DNA of 10,100 nucleotides from IMG/VR virus record IMGVR_UViG_3300016480_000004; one strand, given 5' to 3'. Each line of letters begins with the position of its first letter. Position 1 is the stretch's first letter. Source of the stretch: a virus (taxonomy: Duplodnaviria > Heunggongvirae > Uroviricota > Caudoviricetes > Crassvirales). A model generated the notes under the pieces. That model did not search any database and was not told the DNA's origin. It saw nothing but the letters and a program-made list of their open reading frames with translations. Of the stretch, positions 1 through 7,112 are shown piece after piece. Position numbers and translations under genes: made by a program.

Positions 1-2
1 CT

Positions 3-1196
3 CCTTTCTATCTGGTATTCCCAGAAGACTGGTTTGCAGATGGTGAAGTTATTGTAGGTAACTTGAACCAAGTATATCCATTTAGAATCCTTGGTGATGC
101 AAGAATGGAAGGTACTAATGCAGTGTACAAAGTAGAACTTATGGGTGGTAATACTCAAGGTGTTCCTGCTGAAAGACTGCAACAAGGAGAAAGATTCTCT
201 ATTGAATTTGCTCCTGTAGAAAAAGAACTTTCAAGAAAGGTTGGTGATGTTAGATTCACTTCTCCTGTAAGCATGAGAAATGAATGGACTACAATCAGAA
301 TCCAACACAAGGTAGCTGGTAATAAGCTAAACAAGAAACTTGCTATGGGTATTCCTATGGTTAGAAATCTTGAAAGTGGAAAGCAAGTGAAGGACACTGC
401 AAACATGTGGATGCACTATGTAGATTGGGAAGTAGAACTTCAATTTGATGAGTACAAGAACAATGCTATGGCATGGGGTACTTCAAACAGAAATCTGAAT
501 GGTGAATACATGAACTTTGGTAAATCAGGTAATGCTATTAAGACTGGTGCTGGTATCTTTGAACAAACAGAGGTTGCTAATACTATGTACTACAATACAT
601 TCAGCTTGAAGTTGCTTGAAGATGCACTGTATGAACTGTCAGCTTCTAAACTTGCAATGGATGATAGACTCTTTGTAATCAAGACTGGTGAAAGAGGTGC
701 TATTCAGTTCCATAAGGAAGTATTGAAGACTGTATCTGGTTGGACTACATTTGTACTTGATAATAACTCTACAAGAGTTGTTGAGAAAGTTCAGTCAAGA
801 CTCCACAGCAATGCACTTGGTGCTGGTTTCCAATTTGTTGAGTACAAGGCTCCTAATGGTGTTAGGGTAAGATTGGATGTTGACCCATTCTATGATGACC
901 CAGTAAGAAACAAGATTCTTCACCCAATGGGTGGTGTAGCTTTCTCTTACAGATATGACATCTGGTATATTGGTACTATGGACCAACCTAATATCTTCAA
1001 GTGTAAGATTAAGGGTGACAATGAATACAGAGGATACCAGTGGGGTATTAGAAATCCTTTCACTGGGCAAAAGGGTAATCCTTATATGTCATTTGATGAG
1101 GACTCTGCTGTAATTCACAGAATGGCTACTTTGGGTGTTTGTGTGCTTGACCCAACAAGAACTATGTCATTAATTCCTGCAATTCTGCAAGGATAA
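3..1196 (+). CDS. Major capsid protein, 5'-truncated by the window edge (PhiCrAss001 gp32-like)
   Basis: The frame is open from base 3 (PFYLVFPEDWFADGEVIVGNLNQVYPFRILGD...), so the track start at 63 is not the real start. Crassvirales MCP-like motifs (RIQHKVAGNKLN, YRYDIWYIG, YQWGIRNPFTG, CVLDPTRT). High-expression codon bias; followed by a terminator. Confidence 0.92.
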   Translation, partial: PFYLVFPEDWFADGEVIVGNLNQVYPFRILGDARMEGTNAVYKVELMGGNTQGVPAERLQQGERFSIEFAPVEKELSRKVGDVRFTSPVSMRNEWTTIRIQHKVAGNKLNKKLAMGIPMVRNLESGKQVKDTANMWMHYVDWEVELQFDEYKNNAMAWGTSNRNLNGEYMNFGKSGNAIKTGAGIFEQTEVANTMYYNTFSLKLLEDALYELSASKLAMDDRLFVIKTGERGAIQFHKEVLKTVSGWTTFVLDNNSTRVVEKVQSRLHSNALGAGFQFVEYKAPNGVRVRLDVDPFYDDPVRNKILHPMGGVAFSYRYDIWYIGTMDQPNIFKCKIKGDNEYRGYQWGIRNPFTGQKGNPYMSFDEDSAVIHRMATLGVCVLDPTRTMSLIPAILQG

Positions 1197-1205
1197 GCAT
1201 AAAAT

Positions 1206-1245
1206 AAAAGGGGAGGGGAAATTCTCCCTCTCCTTTTTCTTTTTT
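1206..1245 (+). terminator. Intrinsic terminator after the MCP gene, possibly bidirectional
   Basis: Stem GGGGAGGGG (1210-1218) / TCCCTCTCC (1225-1233) with two G-U pairs and a 6-nt loop, followed by TTTTTCTTTTTT. An A-run precedes the stem. Confidence 0.88.
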
Positions 1246-1268
1246 AAGATATTAAATGGAGAAGTAAT

Positions 1269-2261
1269 ATGGCAAAAGAAGTTAGTAAGATGATTTTGGA
1301 TGAGGAAGAGATTATGAAGGAAACACCAGTTATATCTGATGTGGATAACCTTTTTGATGAACCAAAGACAAGAAAAACAAAGAAACAAGCAGTAATAGAA
1401 GACAATGATGAACCTATTAGCTGCCTAAGAAATGAAAGAGTTATAGTAAGGTTTGTTCCCAAGCAGACTGGTTTAGTTTCAAACCCTAAGCATATCCTAT
1501 ATGGAGGTATGGCAGAAGCAGCAGTAAGATGGTTTACTCTACCAAGATTAAGTTCTGGTATGTATGTAAATGCACTCACTGATAAAGAGAAAGCTTACCT
1601 TGAAGAGATAATGGGTCTTGAATACAATGCTCTATCTATCTATAAGAAGGTAGATAACTTCTGGGAGAATTATACAGTGAGATTAACTAAGCAAGATAAT
1701 TTCTTGAACTTGGCTGACCCTGATGATTATATCAAATATAAAATCCTTTTAGCAAACAAGGACTATATTGCATCTTCTCTTCAAGAGTTGCAAGACAGAC
1801 CTAAAATGACTTACCAGTTTGTAATTGTACAGGAAGGTGAAGAAGCTAAAACTGCTAAGAAGGAAATGAATGCTACAATGCAGTCATACATGAAGTTTGG
1901 TGAAATTCAAGATGATACTGATAAGCTGAGAGTAATCATTGAAACTATTGATGGTAAACCTCTTGCTAAGACAACTAAGATTGAATTCTTACAGGAGAAG
2001 ATTAACAAGCTAATTCAAGCTGACCCAAAACTTTTCTTAAGAGTCTCAGAAGACCCGTATCTTGATACTAAAGTTCTGATTAAGAAGGCTATTGAAGAAG
2101 GTCTAATTAGTAATAGAGGGGGTATGTTATACCTGAAATCTGATGGTTCTCCTCTATGTGGAGATAATGAAGAACCTACTTTAAGTGTAGCTGCTAAGTT
2201 CTTAAGTGCTCCTAAGAGACAGGAATTGAAGTTCAGTCTGGAAGCAAAGCTAAAAGGATAA
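1269..2261 (+). CDS. Conserved Crassvirales protein of unknown function directly downstream of MCP (gp33 position), 330 aa
   Basis: Long ORF with genome-typical codon use, an acidic low-complexity N-terminus and a helical Lys/Glu-rich body. Assigned by synteny only. Confidence 0.8.
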   Translation: MAKEVSKMILDEEEIMKETPVISDVDNLFDEPKTRKTKKQAVIEDNDEPISCLRNERVIVRFVPKQTGLVSNPKHILYGGMAEAAVRWFTLPRLSSGMYVNALTDKEKAYLEEIMGLEYNALSIYKKVDNFWENYTVRLTKQDNFLNLADPDDYIKYKILLANKDYIASSLQELQDRPKMTYQFVIVQEGEEAKTAKKEMNATMQSYMKFGEIQDDTDKLRVIIETIDGKPLAKTTKIEFLQEKINKLIQADPKLFLRVSEDPYLDTKVLIKKAIEEGLISNRGGMLYLKSDGSPLCGDNEEPTLSVAAKFLSAPKRQELKFSLEAKLKG

Positions 2262-2265
2262 AGAT

Positions 2266-2982
2266 ATGAATGTTAATGAATTTTCTAATGAATTTGATGT
2301 ACTCTATAACAACATAATGAGCAATGCTGCTCCGGGGTTAAATGAGTATGAAAAGTCTGTACTGCTTACTAAGGCTCAAGAAGAAACAGTTAAGAATCAT
2401 TTTGAACCCGCAGGTAATAAGTATGGAAAAGGATTAGATGATTCCCCAAAAAGACAAATAGATTTTTCAGAATTAATAAAGGTAGGGCAAGGAGTACTTA
2501 ATACAAGTGCTCCTACTATTACCTTTGATAAGGGAGCTAAGGTATATGATTTGCCTGCTGACTTATTCTTGGTTATAAATGAGGCTGTTGACACTAATGC
2601 AGGAACTAAACAGATAGTTCCAATCAGTTATTCTGATTATACAAGGCTTATGTCAAGACCCTATAAGGAACCAGTTAAATATCAGGCATGGAGAATAATT
2701 ACTACTTCTATAAACAATATCTCTGTAGAATTAATAGTAAACAGTAATGAAACTATTACAGACTATAAGGTAAGATATATAAGAAGACCTGCTCCAATTA
2801 TCACTACTAATCTATCTTCTGAATATGGTGATGTTACAATAAATGGTGTAAGCACTATTTCAGAATGTGAGCTTAACCCAATTATTCATAGTGAAATATT
2901 ACAGAGAGCAGTTGAATTGGCTAAGGTAGCTTACCAAGGAGACTTAAAGGCAAGTGTTGAATTAGGACAAAGAAGTGAATAA
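2266..2982 (+). CDS. Tail ring protein 4/5 (gp34-like), 238 aa
   Basis: N-terminus MNVNEFSNEFDVLYNNIMSNAAPGLNEYEKSVLLTKAQEE and C-terminal CELNPIIHSEILQRAVELA are typical of crAss ring (tail-barrel) proteins. Paralogous to the next ORF. Confidence 0.82.
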   Translation: MNVNEFSNEFDVLYNNIMSNAAPGLNEYEKSVLLTKAQEETVKNHFEPAGNKYGKGLDDSPKRQIDFSELIKVGQGVLNTSAPTITFDKGAKVYDLPADLFLVINEAVDTNAGTKQIVPISYSDYTRLMSRPYKEPVKYQAWRIITTSINNISVELIVNSNETITDYKVRYIRRPAPIITTNLSSEYGDVTINGVSTISECELNPIIHSEILQRAVELAKVAYQGDLKASVELGQRSE

Positions 2983-3674
2983 TGACTAATAAAGAATTTT
3001 CTGACGGATTCAGTACTTTACTTAACTCATTTGGTGTCACTCCTAATATAACCCTTGATGAATATGAGAAATCAACATTTCTCACTAATGCTCAAGAACA
3101 ATTAATTATTGACATCTACTCTGGAAGGAATATTATTTATGGTAAGTCCTTTGAACAGACAGAAGAAATAAGAAGATATTTGAGCAATTTGGTGGAGACC
3201 TATGAAACAAGTACTAAGGTTACAGGAAAGCTAGGATTATCAAAAGATTCAGTATTCTTTGAGATACCACAAGATACTTGGTTCATTACTTATGAAGTGG
3301 CATTCCTCAAGGATAGTAGATTAGGTTGCTTGGATGGTATAGAGGCAATTGTGGTTCCATTGCCACAGGATGATTTATATAGAGCAAAGGATAATCCATT
3401 TAGAGGACCAAGTAAAGACAGGGTACTAAGACTTGATATAAAAAGTGACTTAGCTGAGTTAATCAGCAAGTATAATGTGGACAAGTATTTAATGAGATAT
3501 ATCTCTCAACCAACTCCTATTATACTAGTAGATTTACCTGATGGACTAAGTATCAATGGTGTAAGTACTGAAAGTGAATGTGAACTAAATCCTGTAATAC
3601 ACAGAGCAATACTTGAAAGAGCTGTACAGCTTGCCATAATAAGTAAAACTCAACTGACAGGAAATAAAGAATAA
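2982..3674 (+). CDS. Tail ring protein 3 (gp35-like), 230 aa
   Basis: Shares EYEKSxxLTxAQE and INGVSTxSECELNPxIHxxILxRAVxLA with the previous ORF. TAATG stop/start coupling at 2980-2984. Confidence 0.82.
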   Translation: MTNKEFSDGFSTLLNSFGVTPNITLDEYEKSTFLTNAQEQLIIDIYSGRNIIYGKSFEQTEEIRRYLSNLVETYETSTKVTGKLGLSKDSVFFEIPQDTWFITYEVAFLKDSRLGCLDGIEAIVVPLPQDDLYRAKDNPFRGPSKDRVLRLDIKSDLAELISKYNVDKYLMRYISQPTPIILVDLPDGLSINGVSTESECELNPVIHRAILERAVQLAIISKTQLTGNKE

Positions 3675-3681
3675 ATATAAA

Positions 3682-3693
3682 TGTTTAATTAAA
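3682..3693 (+). promoter_or_regulatory. Leader motif TGTTTAATTAAA, probably an A/T-rich Bacteroidota translation-initiation element; second copy at 5849-5860
   Basis: Identical 12-mer ending 12 nt before ATG 3706 and 11 nt before ATG 5872. Confidence 0.45.
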
Positions 3694-3705
3694 CTAAAAA
3701 AGATT

Positions 3706-4710
3706 ATGGTAATTTCTATTAATCAAGTAAGACAGCTATATGTTGCAAAGGCTCTCAAAGCTAGTACAGCAGCCCTTACAAATGCTGGTGATATTGTACC
3801 AAAGGCAGATACAGCTAAGACTACTCTGTATTTTCAGTCTATGTCTCCTGCTGGGATTGTAGCAAGTGATAAGATTGACCTTAAGAATGTATTGAGTGCA
3901 AAGGCTACACCATCAGATGCTCTGGCTCATAAGCTGGTTAGATACTCAGTTACTCTTGATGCAGATGTATCTGCAACTCCTGTAGCAGGTCAGAATTATA
4001 TCTTGAGATTGGCTTTCAGACAATATATTGGTTTGTCAGAAGAAGACCAATACTTCAAGTACGGTGAAGTAATTGCAAGAAGTGGAATGACTGCATCAGA
4101 TTTCTACAAGAAGATGGCTATTTCTTTAGCTAAGAATCTTGAGAATAAGACAGAATCTACTCCTCTTGTGAATATCTATCTTGTAAGTGCAGCAGCAGCT
4201 TCTACTGATGTTCCAGTTACATCAGCTACTAAGGAATCAGATTTGACTGCAACTGACTACAATCAAATCATCATTGAAGAAACAGAACAACCTTGGGTTC
4301 TTGGTATGATGCCTCAGGCATTTATTCCTTTTACTCCTCAGTTCTTAACTATTACAGTTAATGGTGAAGATAGACTTTGGGGTGTTGCAACTGTAGTTAC
4401 ACCTACTAATACTGTTCCTGATGGACATCTTATTGCAGACCTTGAATACTTCTGTATGGGTGCAAGAGGTGACATCTACAGAGGAATGGGTTATCCTAAT
4501 ACTATTAAGACTACTTACTTGGTAGACCCAAGTGCAGTTTATGATGTACTGGATATTCACTATTTCTACACAGGAAGCAATGAATCAGTTCAGAAGTCTG
4601 AAAAGACTATTACACTGGTTGCTGTAGATGATGGTAGTCACACTGCAATGAATGCTCTAATTGGTGCTATCAACACTGCATCAGGGCTTACAATTGCTAC
4701 TTTATCCTAA
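3706..4710 (+). CDS. Auxiliary capsid protein (gp36-like), 334 aa
   Basis: N-terminus MVISINQVRQLYVAKALKA recognised from the PhiCrAss001 auxiliary capsid protein. Ala/Thr-rich, MCP-like codon bias, followed by a strong terminator. Confidence 0.85.
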   Translation: MVISINQVRQLYVAKALKASTAALTNAGDIVPKADTAKTTLYFQSMSPAGIVASDKIDLKNVLSAKATPSDALAHKLVRYSVTLDADVSATPVAGQNYILRLAFRQYIGLSEEDQYFKYGEVIARSGMTASDFYKKMAISLAKNLENKTESTPLVNIYLVSAAAASTDVPVTSATKESDLTATDYNQIIIEETEQPWVLGMMPQAFIPFTPQFLTITVNGEDRLWGVATVVTPTNTVPDGHLIADLEYFCMGARGDIYRGMGYPNTIKTTYLVDPSAVYDVLDIHYFYTGSNESVQKSEKTITLVAVDDGSHTAMNALIGAINTASGLTIATLS

Positions 4711-4725
4711 GTGATATAGCATTAG

Positions 4726-4761
4726 AAGGAGCATAGAATTAACTATGCTCCTTTTTTTTTT
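4726..4761 (+). terminator. Intrinsic terminator after the auxiliary capsid gene
   Basis: Perfect 11-bp stem AAGGAGCATAG (4726-4736) / CTATGCTCCTT (4743-4753), loop AATTAA, T-run 4752-4761. Confidence 0.93.
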
Positions 4762-4781
4762 ATCAATTAAAAATATGAACT

Positions 4782-5432
4782 ATGCTACATTTTAATGAAT
4801 TAAGAATAACACAAGATAACAGATTTCTTATTATAGATGTATCTGTAGATAATCAGGACTACTTTGATGATGTCCTATTGGATAGTATAGTCATTGATAC
4901 CCAAGATACTTTTGTGATGAATGGACCAAGTGATAACCCTCTTTATGTATATAATGTGGAGGATGCCTATGATTTAACCTATTCTCTTCCTGAGCAATCT
5001 AGTTGCAATCCAGTAAGAGTTGAGGAAGATGAATCATATTGTTTCACTTATGGCACACAACAAATGAAGAATGTAAGACTTGAATTGAATATTCAAGACT
5101 TAAAGGTTTCTCCTTGCAGTACTATGTTCTTTGTGTATGTGAAGTCTAAAGGTACTCCATCAACTGATACTCCATATGGATTTGATAAGGGACAAATAAT
5201 AGGTACTGTAATTAACTTACAGCCTATATACAAGCAGACTCTTAAGTATCTAAAGGAAGTAGAATGTGATTGTAATATACCGAAGGGCTTCATTGATATG
5301 ATACTTAAGTTAAAGGCAATTGAACTTTGTGTTAGAACAGGAAACTACCTACAAGCTATTAAGTACTGGAATAAGTTCTTTATAAAGAATAATTGCAAGT
5401 CTCCAACTTCTAATTGTGGGTGTTATGGATAA
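4782..5432 (+). CDS. Tail (fibre) hub protein A (gp38-like), 216 aa
   Basis: N-terminus MLHFNELRITQDNRFLIIDVSVDNQDYF; Cys-rich C-terminus; synteny. Confidence 0.78.
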   Translation: MLHFNELRITQDNRFLIIDVSVDNQDYFDDVLLDSIVIDTQDTFVMNGPSDNPLYVYNVEDAYDLTYSLPEQSSCNPVRVEEDESYCFTYGTQQMKNVRLELNIQDLKVSPCSTMFFVYVKSKGTPSTDTPYGFDKGQIIGTVINLQPIYKQTLKYLKEVECDCNIPKGFIDMILKLKAIELCVRTGNYLQAIKYWNKFFIKNNCKSPTSNCGCYG

Positions 5433-5769
5433 AATGCTTGAAATGTCTGAGGAAGCCATCACAAGATACTTTACTACTCTATCTCAATTTGGATATAAGA
5501 AGTACAGTGATGTAGATAAGATAATTGTTCTCTTCTTCATGGAAGAAATGTTAGCAGGAGAAATGTCTTATTATGTGACACAAGATGATTATAGAAATAT
5601 AGTCAATGCACTATACTGTCTGGCAGGAAGTACTTGTATGATAGACTTTCCAATGTTTGAGAGTTATGATACTTTGGTTCATTCTAACAATAGAACATTT
5701 GTACCAAGAATAACAGAGGATAGTATATTAAGAAGTAATGAGGATGATAACTTTAGAGTAGAAGCATAA
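5425..5769 (+). CDS. Tail hub protein B (gp39-like), about 114 aa from ATG 5425
   Basis: ATG 5425 overlaps the hub A stop (TAT GGA TAA / ATG GAT AAA) and gives MDKMLEMSEEAITRYF. Preferred over the GTG at 5416 in the track. Confidence 0.78.
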   Translation: MDKMLEMSEEAITRYFTTLSQFGYKKYSDVDKIIVLFFMEEMLAGEMSYYVTQDDYRNIVNALYCLAGSTCMIDFPMFESYDTLVHSNNRTFVPRITEDSILRSNEDDNFRVEA

Positions 5770-5806
5770 TAATACTTATACTTTATATACAAAAATAATA
5801 AAGACC

Positions 5807-5839
5807 TTGCTTATATAAGTTATAATACTTATATTTGCA
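5807..5839 (+). promoter_or_regulatory. Bacteroidota housekeeping-sigma promoter (-33 TTG, -7 TAnnTTTG)
   Basis: TTG at 5807-5809, a 20-nt spacer, then TATATTTG at 5830-5837 followed by CA. It lies in the 102-bp intergenic gap 34 nt upstream of the ring-2 ATG. Confidence 0.8.
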
Positions 5840-5871
5840 GGGTCTAATTGTTTAATTAAATATGTAAAACT

Positions 5872-6555
5872 ATGACATATAATGAAATTATATACATGTG
5901 TCTTGATGAATTGAAGCTATCCAGTGATGATAGTTTTTATACAAAAGACCATTTAATATTTCTGCTTGTAAAGTATAGGTCATTCTTACTGAAACAGAGA
6001 TATTCTGACATAAAGAAACAGATACCAGATAGTGACTATCAGAGTATATGTTTAGACCTTATGGAGGTTCCAGCTATTAGTGGAGAACCTTGTGAAGGTA
6101 GCTCCTATCTAAGAAGTAAGAATAAGGTTCCTACTACTATGATGATAGGTAATCCAAGAGTATATCCTATGGATTTCTATCAAGGGGAGATTACTTACAT
6201 AAGTAGAGATAGAATGAGGTATGTAGGTTATAATAAGTTCCTTAGAAATATAATCTACTGTTCAAAAGCTCCTGATGGGTATCTATATTTCAAGTCATGG
6301 AATCCTCAATTCCTGCATCTTGAGAAAGTGAGTTTCAATGCAATCTTTGAAGATGCTAAAGAAGCATCAGAATTAGCTTGTCCAGAAGAGAATGGTGCAA
6401 TATGCAAGTTAGAGGATAAGGAGTTTCCAATAGAAGATTCTTTAGTTCCTCCACTTATAGAGTTAGTAATGAAAGAATTAAGAGGTCCTGAGTATAGTCC
6501 TAAGGATGAACAGAATAATGCTCATGATGATTTGGATGATTTGAATAAGAGATGA
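5872..6555 (+). CDS. Tail ring protein 2 (gp40-like), 227 aa
   Basis: N-terminus MTYNEIIYMCLDELKLSSDDSFYTKDHLIFLL and C-terminal FPIEDSLVPPLIELVMKEL fit the ring-protein family. Only TGA stop in the window. Confidence 0.8.
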   Translation: MTYNEIIYMCLDELKLSSDDSFYTKDHLIFLLVKYRSFLLKQRYSDIKKQIPDSDYQSICLDLMEVPAISGEPCEGSSYLRSKNKVPTTMMIGNPRVYPMDFYQGEITYISRDRMRYVGYNKFLRNIIYCSKAPDGYLYFKSWNPQFLHLEKVSFNAIFEDAKEASELACPEENGAICKLEDKEFPIEDSLVPPLIELVMKELRGPEYSPKDEQNNAHDDLDDLNKR

Positions 6556-7112
6556 TGGAGACACTGGGGGAATTTAAAAGGAGGATAAAGAAGGTCAACC
6601 AACCAAGAAAGTATAAAGTAAGAAATTCATTGGGTGTATATGATGGATATAAGTATTACAGAAAGAATAAACCTGATAGTAAGGAGTATGTTCTCACTGA
6701 GTCACAATATTTTGCTATCATAAGAAAGATAAACTTACTTTTGGTTGATGAATTGTTGATGGGTAATGATGTCAGACTTCCTAAATCAATGGGTATTATT
6801 GAAGTAAGAAAGTATGACAGGAGAGTGAGGTTAGGAAAGGATGGAAAGATTCATACTAACCTTCCTATAGACTGGGATAGGACACTTAAACTATGGTATG
6901 AAGATGAAGAGGCTTTCAAAGATAAGACATTAGTTAGAGTAGAAGAGAGTGAAATCTTTAAGATATATTACAATAGAGAGTCAGCTACTTATAACAATAA
7001 ATCTTATTATGAATTCTTATTCAATAAAGATTTAAAGATAAGACTTAAACAAAGAATAAAGGAGGGTTTAATAGATGCTCCTTACTTAGAAAAGAAATTA
7101 AGATATGGTTAA
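6552..7112 (+). CDS. HU/IHF-like DNA-binding protein of Crassvirales tail modules, 185-186 aa
   Basis: The segment LLVDELLMGNDVRLPKSMGIIEVRKYDRR...YEFLFNKDLKIRLK fits the HU/IHF fold (GxxVxLxxxGxFEVR, long beta arm, final helix). Very basic. Start ATG 6552 or 6555 overlaps the ring-2 stop. Confidence 0.72.
   Translation: MMETLGEFKRRIKKVNQPRKYKVRNSLGVYDGYKYYRKNKPDSKEYVLTESQYFAIIRKINLLLVDELLMGNDVRLPKSMGIIEVRKYDRRVRLGKDGKIHTNLPIDWDRTLKLWYEDEEAFKDKTLVRVEESEIFKIYYNRESATYNNKSYYEFLFNKDLKIRLKQRIKEGLIDAPYLEKKLRYG

Noticed and set aside
723-753. Promoter-like TTG-N20-TACATTTG inside the MCP gene
   Set aside because: It lies mid-CDS and upstream of a terminator, so it would serve no downstream gene; about what chance predicts.
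4186-4203. GCA GCA GCA GCT poly-Ala microrepeat in the auxiliary capsid gene
   Set aside because: Short in-frame low-complexity linker, too short to indicate phase variation.
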